A stretch of DNA of 64,000 bases from Candidatus Aminicenantia bacterium (GCA_965225955.1 CBDDBX010000037.1:308-64307); one strand, 5' to 3'; shown: positions 19,733 to 30,191, numbered from the stretch's first letter. Translations and numbers: made by a program. The notes: generated by a model from the sequence alone, not told the origin.

Positions 19733-20161
19733 TTATCTGGATTGAGGTAGTTCTGATTTGGTATCAACAACTATTTTACAGTAGTTACCACTTACAGTTC
19801 TTTCCAGAATAAGATGGCGATCTTTCTTTGTTAATGTAAAAAATCTTGTTCTGTTATTCTCTTCATATGCTATCTTCATAGTATCTTCCCCTTTAATTAT
19901 AAAAGATGAATCTTTGTGTATCTGTTTGCCTATTCTGAAATCACATGAAGCTGTAGAAGTATTAATATTACTGATTTCAATTGGAATAGTACGGTTATAA
20001 AGTATGAAGCTTTTTATAATATCGAATTTCAGTTCCGTACCAGAGCAGGTGTGGCATTTTATTTTTACTTTCCCATTATTTCCGGTGCCTATATATTGTA
20101 CTCCTTCATAAGTCTTCTCCTTCTCAATTCTGCAATCAAATATTGTGTTGATATTCTTCAT
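19733..20161 (-). CDS. Hypothetical protein
   Basis: 142-aa AT-rich ORF with GAGGAG-like RBS (AGAGGAG) upstream; no recognised motif. Confidence 0.5.
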   Translation of the reverse strand: MKNINTIFDCRIEKEKTYEGVQYIGTGNNGKVKIKCHTCSGTELKFDIIKSFILYNRTIPIEISNINTSTASCDFRIGKQIHKDSSFIIKGEDTMKIAYEENNRTRFFTLTKKDRHLILERTVSGNYCKIVVDTKSELPQSR

Positions 20162-20278
20162 TAATAATCTCCTCTCTAATTGTTATTAACAGGGAGACGA
20201 ATGAGAGGTAATTTAGCGGAATTTTCCAAATAATCTTACGGGTTACGTAATAGCTTATGAACGGTGGGAGGATGTTGT

Positions 20279-21598
20279 ATGAATAGTTTAAAAGTTTTCT
20301 TACTGATAACTCTTTTAATGCTTCTGGTGGCATGTACCAATGATCAGAAAAGTGAACCAAAGCAGGTTACGGTTAATGACGCTCTGATAGAACTGAATTC
20401 AATCGCAATTGAGTTTAATGGTTCATCTCCGGATCAGAACAGTACCGATCTTAAGCTTGTTAAAGGTCTTGGGGATGCAAAAATTGTTGGGCTGGGAGAA
20501 GCAACTCACGGATCTAAAGAGTTCTTTGAGATGAAGCACAGAATCTTTAAGTATCTGACTGAAGAGAGAGGTTTCAGGATATTTGGATTTGAGTGCGAAC
20601 TTGCTGAATCCCTCTATCTTGATCACTATATTACTACCGGTGAGATTTTGTCCGGGGACCCGGATTTACGGTCAATGATGAAAAGTAAAGTGCATTTCTG
20701 GACCTGGCAGGTAGAAGAGATTGCTGTTCTTATAGAGTGGATGAGAGAGTTTAATAAAGGTAGAGCAGAAGATGATATGGTTCATCTCTATGGAGTGGAT
20801 TGTCAGAGCCTTAAGGATGCAGTTTTCTTTTATAAGAGACTCTTTAATCAGTATAAACCGGAGCTTACAGATGAGTTTGGTGAGTTTCTGGAATGGATGG
20901 ACAGTATCAGAAATCCTGATATAAAGCTTCTCAGTGTTAGTGATAAGGAGAAACTTAAGAGTGGTCTTAAAAATCTGAAGAGCAGAATTACAGAGTCAAA
21001 ACCGGAACTGTTAGGTGTAGGGGAAAGAAATTATATGATCTATGAACGTATACCGGATGTGCTTCTGCAGGTGTTTTATCAGAAAACAGGTTCTCCAGGT
21101 AAAAGGGATACTTTTATGGGAGATAATGCTGTATGGTTTTCTGAGCTTAATGGAGGAGGAGTGGTGTTATGGGCTCATAATGGACACTCCTGTGTCTGGA
21201 AGGGAAATATGGGGGCCAGGATTAATAGTAAAATAGGTGATGAGTATCAGACTGTAGGTTTTGGTTTTGCCAAGGGTTCATTAAGAGCTATTGAAAGAAA
21301 GAATGGTACTTATACTGGTCTGAAAATTCATAATATTAATAGAGAACCACTTGAAGGGTCTATTAATGAGCTCTTCTATAAAGCGGATTTACAGAATCTT
21401 GTAATTAGTATGGACAGTGTCAAAAACAAAGAAAATCTTCGGATATGGCTCAATACGGGCAGAACATTTCAGAATATAGGAGCCGTTTACAGTGCAGAAG
21501 ACTGGGAGAGGTACTATGGTGATAAAAACGTTAATTTATATCTCTATTGCGATTTCTTTTTCTGGTTTAGAAATGTAGAGGCTGCAAAAGGGCTCTGA
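20279..21598 (+). CDS. Erythromycin esterase (Ere)-family lipoprotein, copy 1
   Basis: Lipobox LLVAC; LGEATHG, FGFE, YGVDCQ, RDTFMG and LWAHNGH motifs. Confidence 0.88.
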   Translation: MNSLKVFLLITLLMLLVACTNDQKSEPKQVTVNDALIELNSIAIEFNGSSPDQNSTDLKLVKGLGDAKIVGLGEATHGSKEFFEMKHRIFKYLTEERGFRIFGFECELAESLYLDHYITTGEILSGDPDLRSMMKSKVHFWTWQVEEIAVLIEWMREFNKGRAEDDMVHLYGVDCQSLKDAVFFYKRLFNQYKPELTDEFGEFLEWMDSIRNPDIKLLSVSDKEKLKSGLKNLKSRITESKPELLGVGERNYMIYERIPDVLLQVFYQKTGSPGKRDTFMGDNAVWFSELNGGGVVLWAHNGHSCVWKGNMGARINSKIGDEYQTVGFGFAKGSLRAIERKNGTYTGLKIHNINREPLEGSINELFYKADLQNLVISMDSVKNKENLRIWLNTGRTFQNIGAVYSAEDWERYYGDKNVNLYLYCDFFFWFRNVEAAKGL

Positions 21599-21665
21599 GT
21601 TCCAGCAAACAGGAACTATGTCAATTGAAAGAATTGCCTTGAAACAAATAACTGGAGGGAACTAC

Positions 21666-23000
21666 ATGAATAGTTTAAAAGTTTTCTTACTGATAACCCT
21701 TTTAATGCTTCTGGTAGCATGTACCAATGATCAGAAAAGTGAACCAAAGCAGGTTACGGTTAATGACGCTCTGATAGAACTGAATTCAATCGCAATTGAG
21801 TTTAATGGTTCAGCCCCGGATCAGAACAGTACCGATCTTAAGCTTGTTAAAGGTCTTGGTGATGCGAAAATTGTTGGGTTGGGAGAAGCAACTCACGGAT
21901 CTAAAGAGTTTTTTGAGATGAAGCATCGGATCTTTAAGTATCTGGTAGAAGAGAAGGGCTTCAGAATTATGGGTTTTGAATGTGATCTTGCGGAATCCCT
22001 CTATCTTGATCACTATATAACAACCGGAGAGATCGTAACCGGAGATCCTGATCTAAGAACAATGATGAGAAATAAGATCCATTTCTGGACCTGGAGAGTG
22101 GAAGAGGTTGCCAGACTGATAGAGTGGATGAGGGATTTCAATGTTAATCGTGAAGCTTCCGATATGGTTCACCTTTATGGGGTGGATTGCCAATCTTTAA
22201 AGGATGCCTCCTTCTTTTTTAACAGGTTTTTTGGTAGTAACAAACCGGAGATATGGGAAGAGTTTAAGGATTTTTTTGAAGAGCTGGATAAAACCGACTA
22301 CTCAACTCTTGCTGCTTTAAATGGTGATAGTAAGGAGAATTTTAAAAATAACCTTCTGGCTTTGAAAAACAGAATTATTGAATTCAGGGAACAGTTAATG
22401 GGAACTGGTGAAAGGGAGTATCTCATTCATCAACGTATTGCAGAGACTCTTTTGCAAAACTTCAACTTGATTGCAGACAACATCGGTAACCGGGACCATT
22501 ATATGGGAGAGAATGCTCTCTGGCTTTCCGAACTCAATAGTGGTGGAGTTGCTCTCTGGGCCCACAACTCTCACAGCTGTTATAAATTGAAGGCATCGGG
22601 TAAAAGTATGGGTAAGTATATGAAGGATTTGGTTGGTAACGATTACCATGCGGTAGCTTTTGGTTTTGCAAAAGGCTCTTTTGTTGCAAAAGAGGAGTTT
22701 GCCAATAAAACATATGGAAATGTTGTTGTACAGGAGATTACCAGAGAGCCGATGAAGGATTCTATCAATGAACTCTTCTATAAAGCAGATTCTGAGAAGA
22801 TTATTCTCAGGCTTAATGATGTTGAACAAGCTGGCACACTTAAGTCCTGGTTAAATACCGGAAGATACCACCAATCTATAGGCGCTCTATATGGAAACGA
22901 GATGTGGGAGAAGTACTATACCATAAACAACATCAATCTACTGGAGTACTGCGATTATTTTTTCTGGTTCAGAAACGTGAAAGCTGCAAAAAGGCTTTAG
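21666..23000 (+). CDS. Erythromycin esterase (Ere)-family lipoprotein, copy 2
   Basis: Near-identical N-terminus to copy 1; LGEATHG, RDHYMG and LWAHNSH motifs. Confidence 0.88.
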   Translation: MNSLKVFLLITLLMLLVACTNDQKSEPKQVTVNDALIELNSIAIEFNGSAPDQNSTDLKLVKGLGDAKIVGLGEATHGSKEFFEMKHRIFKYLVEEKGFRIMGFECDLAESLYLDHYITTGEIVTGDPDLRTMMRNKIHFWTWRVEEVARLIEWMRDFNVNREASDMVHLYGVDCQSLKDASFFFNRFFGSNKPEIWEEFKDFFEELDKTDYSTLAALNGDSKENFKNNLLALKNRIIEFREQLMGTGEREYLIHQRIAETLLQNFNLIADNIGNRDHYMGENALWLSELNSGGVALWAHNSHSCYKLKASGKSMGKYMKDLVGNDYHAVAFGFAKGSFVAKEEFANKTYGNVVVQEITREPMKDSINELFYKADSEKIILRLNDVEQAGTLKSWLNTGRYHQSIGALYGNEMWEKYYTINNINLLEYCDYFFWFRNVKAAKRL

Positions 23001-23016
23001 ATTAATTAAGAGAAGC

Positions 23017-23040
23017 AGGGCTGTGTCTCTACAGCCCTTT
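23017..23040. terminator. Hairpin terminator between convergent genes
   Basis: AGGGCTGT-GTCTCT-ACAGCCCT followed by TT. Confidence 0.55.
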
Positions 23041-24309
23041 GTATAAGCTGAGCATATTTCTTGCCATATTCTGGCTATTGTACTTCTCAATAATACTGTT
23101 TCTTCCTCTTACTCCGGTTTTTCTGAGCTCTTCAGGTTGTTCCAGCAGGGGGGCAATAGTTTCCGCCAGTTTTTCCGGTGTATTGGGGGTGTAGGTGTAA
23201 CCACCTTTGGTTTTAGCTATTATTTCAGGGAAAGCCCCTGTTTCAGGCTGAACCAGTGGAACAGCTGATGCCAGAGCTTCCAGTTGATATAGTCCCAGAG
23301 CTTCGCCATTTGGAACGGGAACAGTAAGAAGTGAGAGGCCTTTCAGAAAATCGAGGCGTTCAGTTCCAAAGAAATCTTCAACAATTTCACACTTACTCTG
23401 AAGATTCTCTTTTTTCAACATTTCTGTCATTGCATCGATAAAAGCCAGATCGTCCTGAGTATACCCACCACTGAGTTTCAGCTGCAGATCTTTGTAACCC
23501 TTCTGGTGAAGTATTATAAATGCCTGAACAAGAATGTCGAGGCCGTTGGCAGGGCACAGACGACTCAGATAGCCTATAACCGGAGGGTTCTGCTGTTCTG
23601 CAACTTTATAATAATCAGGGTCTATTCCTGTTTCAATTACATTGATCTTTTCCCGTGGATAATCTGCTCTTTCATGCATAAGATCTGCAAAGTAGTCACT
23701 TGCTGTTACAAAGGCATCAACCTCTTTACCTTTCTCAGACATAGTTTCCCAGCACTGGGTTCTGAATGGTTCAAACATGGCATCAAGCCAGACATCTTCA
23801 TCCTGAAGAGATACTACTATTCTGGCACCAGTCTCTTTTTTTAAAGGGCCTGCCAGGCCTATGAGGAGGGCGTTGGAAATGTGTATTATATCTGGTCTGT
23901 TTTCAGGTACTTTGAGCCATTTAATCAGATCTTTTAACTCCTGCTGTTGATTGCCTTCTTCTCCTTTCAACATGCTGAGGGTCATTTCTCCAAGGCCTTT
24001 AGCTCTGGTTGATCCTGCTTTTTTTGCTGCAAGATGCAGAAGTGAGGGGGAATCGAAAAGCTTCTGAAACCATCGGGGGGCTTTACGCAGGAAGGGAACC
24101 ATCTGTCTCAGATAGAGGCCTACTGCACCAAAGAAAACCGGTGTGTCTCCGGGACTTCCGTAATCACTTGCATTGAGAGGAAGATAGAGGGGCATCATTG
24201 TAACGTCCACTCCAAGAGTTCTCAGAGCTCCTACATATACTTTATCCCTCATACAATTACCACAATAGAAAGAGCCCCCTGAACCTGAAACCATATGTAA
24301 AACTTTCAT
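23029..24309 (-). CDS. Glycosyltransferase family 4 (GT-B)
   Basis: N-terminal FYCGNCMRD; GYLSRL; EALGLYQLEALASAVP (ExFGxxxxEA-like) motif. Confidence 0.85.
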   Translation of the reverse strand: MKVLHMVSGSGGSFYCGNCMRDKVYVGALRTLGVDVTMMPLYLPLNASDYGSPGDTPVFFGAVGLYLRQMVPFLRKAPRWFQKLFDSPSLLHLAAKKAGSTRAKGLGEMTLSMLKGEEGNQQQELKDLIKWLKVPENRPDIIHISNALLIGLAGPLKKETGARIVVSLQDEDVWLDAMFEPFRTQCWETMSEKGKEVDAFVTASDYFADLMHERADYPREKINVIETGIDPDYYKVAEQQNPPVIGYLSRLCPANGLDILVQAFIILHQKGYKDLQLKLSGGYTQDDLAFIDAMTEMLKKENLQSKCEIVEDFFGTERLDFLKGLSLLTVPVPNGEALGLYQLEALASAVPLVQPETGAFPEIIAKTKGGYTYTPNTPEKLAETIAPLLEQPEELRKTGVRGRNSIIEKYNSQNMARNMLSLYKGL

Positions 24310-24516
24310 CCACATACCTCCGATTATATTACGTATCATTAAAACCTTAAGTTATTTTTAGTGTAGAAATAGTATTAATTCAATTTTAAAAAAGATAGAG
24401 CACGGACTAACAAAGACTGACACTGACCTGCACAAACTAGCGCATTAAGATGACGCTGGTTGTTATTGTGACAAAGATTCTATTGTATGAATAGGTGCCG
24501 GAGGTATGATATTTTT

Positions 24517-25110
24517 ATGGGAATCGAATTTATACCACTTCTGTCTTTTATGCTGATAACGACTTTTACGCCGGGGCCAAATAATATAGCCTGTGCGTCA
24601 ATGGGAGTTAATTACGGATACAGACGTAGCCTGGGGTTTATGCTGGGAATTGCTTCAGGAGTAGTTGTTGTTATGATCTTATGTGCTCTGATGTCAGGTT
24701 TTCTTCTAACCAGTGTTCCTGTAGCGGAGAAGTATCTCAGGTGGGCAGGAGCTGGATATATAGTATGGCTTGCGATATCAATTTTCAGATCAGGAGCTGC
24801 TGAGAATAGCTCTGAAGAGGTTAAAGGAGCTTTTTTAAAAGGAATGGTACTGCAACTCTTTAATCCCAAGGTACTGGTTTATGGTATAACAGTGTATACT
24901 ACTTTTCTTGCTCCACTGGCGGGTAAGCCTCTGTATCAGGTAATTGCAGCTCCCGGGCTTGCACTGTTCTCATTCTTATCTATAACAACCTGGGCTCTTT
25001 TTGGAGCAGCTATTAAAATGAGGCTTAAAAACGGGAAATTCAGATTCCGGCTTAATGCTGTTCTGGCTATTCTTCTAATTTATACAGCAGTGGATCTGAT
25101 AATTTTCTGA
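24517..25110 (+). CDS. LysE-family translocator
   Basis: TPGPNN, GAGYIVWLA and LQLFNPK motifs. Confidence 0.9.
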   Translation: MGIEFIPLLSFMLITTFTPGPNNIACASMGVNYGYRRSLGFMLGIASGVVVVMILCALMSGFLLTSVPVAEKYLRWAGAGYIVWLAISIFRSGAAENSSEEVKGAFLKGMVLQLFNPKVLVYGITVYTTFLAPLAGKPLYQVIAAPGLALFSFLSITTWALFGAAIKMRLKNGKFRFRLNAVLAILLIYTAVDLIIF

Positions 25111-25122
25111 TTACTGCTTATC

Positions 25123-25468
25123 TTTTATGATTCCTGCTGGTTAATGAAAATTGTGTTTTTATGACATTCAATAACCCGTTAAACGGGTTTGATATATCAA
25201 ACCCCTACACAAACTTAAGCTTTCCACTTAGTGTGAAATCGTACAGTTGTTTTTGGTTCCTGCAGAAATTAAAAACAGGCTACCCCCATACATTCAGACA
25301 GGAAATCCGCAGCGAAGCAAGGACATAGCTCTCCTCCTGGAGGAGGAGTACCCGAAGAATGAGGGGGAGGAGGTTATTATGACTTTAATTACGCGTCATA
25401 ACAGTACAGCTTTTCAGGTTCAGCAGAATTATAATAAGAAACGTAGGGTCACAACATGTTGTGACCGT
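25123..25468. repeat. Mosaic REP-like composite repeat, copy A
   Basis: Near-identical to about 34505-34895 (which has an extra insert); 5' part also at 40576-40735; two GTAG+hairpin units at 25185-25208 (minus) and 25443-25466 (plus). Confidence 0.9.
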
Positions 25469-25497
25469 TAGTATTCTGAGATCCTTGTTTGCCCCGA

Positions 25498-28107
25498 CTA
25501 TTCGTATCTGATACAGTTCAGCGGATTGGCCATTGCTGCTTTAACAGACTGACTGATTATAGTTAAGAGAGCTATTAGTATCGAAGCTCCTGCTACAGCA
25601 GAAAGTATCCACATGTCAAATTCTGTTTTATAGGCAAAGCTCTGAAGCCAGCGATTCATCAGATACCAGGCTACAGGAGCTGCAATCAGATTTGCCGTAA
25701 GTACCAGCCACGTAAAATTTCTGGTTAAAAGAAATACTATAGATGAAACTGAAGAACCGGCAATCTTTCTTATACCGATCTCCTTTTTTCGTTGGTTTAC
25801 TGAATATGTTGACAGGCCGTACAGCCCCATACAACCAGTGAGTATTGCAATAACAGCAAAAACGGTAACAATTTCTGAAGTCTTTGATTCTTCAATATAG
25901 AACTCATTCAGTTTATCATCAAGAAATCTGTATTTAAAAGGAGCTTCAGGCATTAATGATTTCCAGATCCGGCGCAACCTTTTCAAAGTAGCAGATGTGT
26001 TACCTGATTTAAGACTTACAACCATTGTTCTCATCTTATCCGGGTAATGAAGTAGTATTACAGGAGATTCTGCTGAGTGAAGAGATCTGTGATTAAAGTT
26101 TTCCACCACTCCTGTTATTTTTCCTTTAAATCCCCATGTGGAGATAGAGTATACTCTGCCAACTATTTCTGCAGGGTTATGGTAACCAAGTTTTTCTGAA
26201 AGAGATCTGGTAATAATAAACCCTTGGGCTACATCTCCCGGATTATCGGGTGAGAAGTTGCGACCTGCTATTAATTTAAGATCAAAATGTTTCAGATAAT
26301 CGAAATCTATGCTGTTAATGTGGGCTTTTATCTCTTTTTCAGGTGTTTGACTGCTGTACATTGTTGTAATCAGTCCCATATTTATAAGAGGATACCGGCA
26401 GGCAGTTACTTCCTGTACTCCCTCTGTTATGTTAATTTTCTCTTTCAGTACCCTGTAATCATTTAATTTACCAGCTGTTGAGAAAGGGATGACTATATTA
26501 TTGTTATTCTTAAAGCCCGGATCAGCATTTGTCATGAAATCCAGCTGTTTCCTTATTACAACAACTCCGGTAATCAGGGTTATGCATATGGCAAATTGCA
26601 ATATTACAAGAGATTTTCTGAAAAAAGCATGTCCTTTTTTACTGGTCTGAATATTCTTAAAGGTACCTGTAGATTTAATGCCTGAAAGATAGGTTGCCGG
26701 GTATATACCTGCAGCGAAACCGGTTAGAAGTACAAAGGTAATAAGAGCAACAGATATCCAGGGATTTGCTGTAAAATCTGTATCTATTTCTGTCATTAGC
26801 AGTGAAGAGATGAAGGGAGCTGCCATCTTTGTTATGCCGATGGATATTATTGCCGCAAAGGCTGTTACTACAAGTGCTTCTGTAAGAAACTGCCCCGTAA
26901 GCTGTGATCTGAAAGCGCCCATTGCTTTTCTAATACCGATTTCCTGAACTCTTTCAGTTGCTCTTGCAGTTGAAAGATTCATGTAGTTAAAACCTGCAAT
27001 CAGCAAAATAAATATGGCAATCGTTGCAATTATATAGAGTTTTGCTCTGCTGTTTTTGCTGAAGAAATAGTCACCTTTTATTCTGTTGTCCAGATGTATC
27101 TTTTTAACTGGCTGATATCCCAGCTCAATTGATGCTCCCGGAGGGATGGGGATGTGTTTGGAAATAAGTCCTCTGGTTGCAGCTTTGAGTGTTTCAGAAT
27201 TGCTGGTTTCTGTTGCCAGAACATATGTGTAACATGGAGCCATAAGCCCCCAGTTGAGCTGGTAAGAGAAAATTGCTCTATTATACATATTCTCAAAAGG
27301 GAAGATGAAATCCATCTGCATGTGTGAATTGTGAGGCAGATTATCAAAAACCCCGGCTACAGTAAAATCTTTAGCATTCTTTAATCTTATGGTTTTGCCT
27401 ATAGGGTTAGATTTTCCAAAATATTTTATTGCTATGGATTTACTTATTAATGCATTGGTATGTGAATCCAGTACAGTATCAGATACCTTTGTTGTAAATT
27501 TCAAACTGAATACTTTAAGAATATCAGGATCAGCAAAGGTAACACGGTTCTCATAAAATAGCTTGTTGCCTGTTTTTACGGGCATAGGATCTCTGAAGAA
27601 AATCCGTGCTGAAGCTTCTATTCCCGGATTTGCCTGTTTAATAATATCCCCAACAGGGGGGTAAGTTAATCCGTATCTGTCTTCTGAATTCTGATTTTTC
27701 ATATTCATAACAACTCTGTAGATTCTGCTGTGGTTTTTATGAAATGAGTCGTAACCGGTTTCCTGATAGATGTAAAAGCCAGCAATAAGGCAGCAACTTA
27801 TACCAGTTATAAGACTGAATATGTTTATAAAGGTATAGGTCTTATTTTTCATCAGACTTCGTCTGGCTGTGGTGTAATAGTTACCAAGAATCTGTATTTG
27901 CGCGGAAATACTGTATTTTATAAGCCCGGGGATCATAAAGAGAGACTGCTTAAAATACCAGATGAGAGCAGCTATATATCCAGATTCTTTATATTTGCCA
28001 TCAAAGATCTCATCCATATCACCTTTAATGGAGAGTTTCTCTTCTGAGTTCATAAATATTCTGATGAACCACTGCAGAAGTCGGGGAGGGTATTTCTGGC
28101 TATTCAT
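25498..28107 (-). CDS. Duplicated MacB/FtsX-type ABC permease without an adjacent ATPase
   Basis: Prefix PPRLLQWF; two MacB-PCD/FtsX repeats (NYMNLSTARA..EIGIRKAMGA and KEIGIRKIAGSS). Confidence 0.9.
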   Translation of the reverse strand: MNSQKYPPRLLQWFIRIFMNSEEKLSIKGDMDEIFDGKYKESGYIAALIWYFKQSLFMIPGLIKYSISAQIQILGNYYTTARRSLMKNKTYTFINIFSLITGISCCLIAGFYIYQETGYDSFHKNHSRIYRVVMNMKNQNSEDRYGLTYPPVGDIIKQANPGIEASARIFFRDPMPVKTGNKLFYENRVTFADPDILKVFSLKFTTKVSDTVLDSHTNALISKSIAIKYFGKSNPIGKTIRLKNAKDFTVAGVFDNLPHNSHMQMDFIFPFENMYNRAIFSYQLNWGLMAPCYTYVLATETSNSETLKAATRGLISKHIPIPPGASIELGYQPVKKIHLDNRIKGDYFFSKNSRAKLYIIATIAIFILLIAGFNYMNLSTARATERVQEIGIRKAMGAFRSQLTGQFLTEALVVTAFAAIISIGITKMAAPFISSLLMTEIDTDFTANPWISVALITFVLLTGFAAGIYPATYLSGIKSTGTFKNIQTSKKGHAFFRKSLVILQFAICITLITGVVVIRKQLDFMTNADPGFKNNNNIVIPFSTAGKLNDYRVLKEKINITEGVQEVTACRYPLINMGLITTMYSSQTPEKEIKAHINSIDFDYLKHFDLKLIAGRNFSPDNPGDVAQGFIITRSLSEKLGYHNPAEIVGRVYSISTWGFKGKITGVVENFNHRSLHSAESPVILLHYPDKMRTMVVSLKSGNTSATLKRLRRIWKSLMPEAPFKYRFLDDKLNEFYIEESKTSEIVTVFAVIAILTGCMGLYGLSTYSVNQRKKEIGIRKIAGSSVSSIVFLLTRNFTWLVLTANLIAAPVAWYLMNRWLQSFAYKTEFDMWILSAVAGASILIALLTIISQSVKAAMANPLNCIRYE

Positions 28108-28442
28108 GATGTTTCCTTCACTTTTTTTATGAGTGAACCTGCTCCATGCCAGATGGAGTTCTGAAATGCTCTTATATCTTCAAGAGCAATTAATCCTTCC
28201 TGAGTAATGGTATAAAATATCTTTTTATGGCCTCTTCTTTTCTCTGTGGGATCTGTGAGTTCTTTGGAAATCAGGCCTTTTTTAGTCAGAATATCGAGAG
28301 AGACCCACAAGCTCCCAATGGTAATGTCTTTGCCTGTTCTCTTCTTGATTTCTTCGGAAATAGTAACTCCGTAGGCATTATCTTTTAACCTGAGAATTGC
28401 CAGAAGTAAGATTTCATCAGCTCTTGAAAGAATGTTTTTCAT
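28104..28442 (-). CDS. PadR-family transcriptional regulator
   Basis: LLLAILRL..AYGVTI..GSLWVSLDILTKKGLI..YTITQEG. Confidence 0.9.
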   Translation of the reverse strand: MKNILSRADEILLLAILRLKDNAYGVTISEEIKKRTGKDITIGSLWVSLDILTKKGLISKELTDPTEKRRGHKKIFYTITQEGLIALEDIRAFQNSIWHGAGSLIKKVKETS

Positions 28443-28459
28443 TTTACCTCCTCTTAGTT

Positions 28460-28511
28460 TCTACTAAATTTTAGTATAAGTTGAAAATTAAATCTACTAA
28501 AATTTAGTAGA
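28460..28511. promoter_or_regulatory. Two palindromic operators, probably PadR sites
   Basis: TCTACTAAATTTTAGTATA (28460-28478) and TCTACTAAAATTTAGTAGA (28493-28511) upstream of padR. Confidence 0.7.
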
Positions 28512-28582
28512 AAATAATTTTTGTGATTTCATAGGGTTCAGTGGGAGAGAGTATTGTGTTGGCTGTATGCTGTTAAATAATT

Positions 28583-28852
28583 CTATAGCTTTTCGTAGAT
28601 CTTTTTGCGGTGCCCTATATGAATTACTGTGATGATTAGTTTATCATCCTCTTTATTGAAAATAACTCTGTATTGGCCTACTCTTAACCTGAAATATTCA
28701 TATTTCCCTTTAAGTTTTTTAATGTTGTTTGAAGTTCCCTGAAAATCTTCTGCAAGGGATTTCAGTTTTACGGCAATGAGTTTCTGATAAGAACGCTCTA
28801 TTCTATAAAACTCTTTTTCTGCTTTTTTTGTAAATAGTAGTTTGTATTTCAC
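28583..28852 (-). CDS. RelE/ParE-family toxin
   Basis: IKKLKG..FRLRVGQYRVIF..IGHRKKIY. Confidence 0.9.
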   Translation of the reverse strand: MKYKLLFTKKAEKEFYRIERSYQKLIAVKLKSLAEDFQGTSNNIKKLKGKYEYFRLRVGQYRVIFNKEDDKLIITVIHIGHRKKIYEKL

Positions 28853-29085
28853 AGTTCAAGGTTGTTAAAAATATCCTCAGCAGGAACCAGTTCTTCTTTT
28901 CCATCTTTGAGATCTTTCATTCTTTTGTCTGCAATTTGTACGTCAATAGCATCAAAGTAGAAGATGAGAGCTTTTTCAACAATGTGGCTCTTCTTCTCTT
29001 TAAGTTCTTCAGAAACATAATTAAGTTCTTTCAAAATATCCTCGTCAATAGTAAAAACTGCCTTTGGTCGCCCCATTTTTTGCAC
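28849..29085 (-). CDS. Ribbon-helix-helix antitoxin
   Basis: AVFTIDEDI..KKSHIVEKAL; overlaps the toxin start. Confidence 0.8.
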   Translation of the reverse strand: MQKMGRPKAVFTIDEDILKELNYVSEELKEKKSHIVEKALIFYFDAIDVQIADKRMKDLKDGKEELVPAEDIFNNLEL

Positions 29086-29170
29086 CTCAAATCTATACTT
29101 TTATATATATAATTATATAGATAAAAAATCAAATCAAAATATCTCATACCTGATTAATTTAGATCTTTTA

Positions 29171-29290
29171 GTTTTAAAATTGTTACAAAACGACATTTAT
29201 CTTTAGAAACAGTTATAGAATGGAGTTTTTCTCAAAAAATGATTATAAATCGATATGTTTCTTAAAAAGCAGTTATATAGGGGTAGAATT
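29171..29290. repeat. Degenerate 30-bp-period tandem array, copy 1
   Basis: (G/A)TTA cores at 29182, 29212, 29242 and 29272, each after an A-run; CGA(C/T)AT at +9 in two units. Confidence 0.6.
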
Positions 29291-29381
29291 TCGTTGCACG
29301 ACTGGCAAAGGCATGACATTGATGCTCTCTTTACAATCGACCTTAACAATACAACCGTTTCTGATCAGTAGGAATTGTTTG

Positions 29382-29608
29382 AGATAAACAGAAATCCCCT
29401 CCTTCTCTGCATGAGCAGTGAGCTTGCGAACAGCGATTAATTGCGGAGATGGGAGAAAGCGTTAGCTTTTCACCTTATTCATAAAAGGAGGGGTGACCGG
29501 GGAACGAGGTCGGGGTGGTATTAGAAAGTCCACTAAGCCTTAAGGTAGAAAAACCTCCTGCACAATTTTATAAAAGCCAAACAATAGTAGAGACGCATCC
29601 TTGCGTCT
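29382..29608. repeat. Composite repeat, inverted relative to 40544-40983
   Basis: Reverse complement of about 40781-40983, plus the REP-like GTAGAGACGCATCCTTGCGTCT (29587-29608) matching 40544-40565. Confidence 0.9.
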
Positions 29609-29725
29609 GATTCCGAAGATAAAATTGAGTGAATTATTGATGTTAACCCTTTATCGTTTTGAACAAAATTTGATTGTTATTGCATTTTTGTATGACTTGT
29701 AATACAAATGTTGTAGGAGGTAAGC

Positions 29726-29941
29726 ATGTCTACATTAAGTGTGAGATTGCCTGATGAGCTCAATAAACGCCTTGAAGATCTGGCAAAAAAGAGTAGAAGA
29801 TCTAAAAGTTCATTTATTAAGCAGATGATTGAAGAGAAACTTGAAGATTATGAAGAAGCATATCGTGCATTCGAAAGGGTTAGTGATAAAAATGCAAAGT
29901 ATGTAACAACTGAAGAGTTGGAGAAAGAACTTGGTTTTTAA
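29726..29941 (+). CDS. RHH (CopG/RelB-like) antitoxin
   Basis: LSVRLPDEL..LAKKSRRSKSSFIK; overlaps the toxin. Confidence 0.88.
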   Translation: MSTLSVRLPDELNKRLEDLAKKSRRSKSSFIKQMIEEKLEDYEEAYRAFERVSDKNAKYVTTEELEKELGF

Positions 29942-30191
29942 GGTTTTATGGGATACCAGGGCTTTAAAGGATCTGAAAAAAATTGATAAAGAAGCAGCCA
30001 GAGTAATTGTAACCAGAGTAAAGCAATATCTGGCTGAAGATCCTTTCTATTTTGGAAAGCCTTTGAAAAAGCAGTTCAAAGGGTTATATCGTTACAGGTT
30101 TGAGAATTACAGAGTTATATATGCAATTGAGAAAGAAAAATTAATAATCAAAGTTGTTGCCGTAGGGCACAGGAAAAATGTATATAAATAG
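29931..30191 (+). CDS. RelE/ParE-family toxin
   Basis: GKPLK..GLYRYRFENYRVIY..VGHRKNVY. Confidence 0.9.
   Translation: MVFKVLWDTRALKDLKKIDKEAARVIVTRVKQYLAEDPFYFGKPLKKQFKGLYRYRFENYRVIYAIEKEKLIIKVVAVGHRKNVYK

Noticed and set aside
20279-23000. Bona fide ereA/ereB macrolide resistance genes
   Set aside because: Only family-level motifs are visible; lipoprotein signals and the non-mobile context argue against assigning resistance.
25247-25471. 74-aa ORF, and likewise 34328-34687 and 34558-34752
   Set aside because: All lie wholly within the non-coding composite repeats, and the frames are not conserved between copies.
29171-29290. CRISPR array
   Set aside because: Units are degenerate, there are no distinct spacers, and no cas genes are present.
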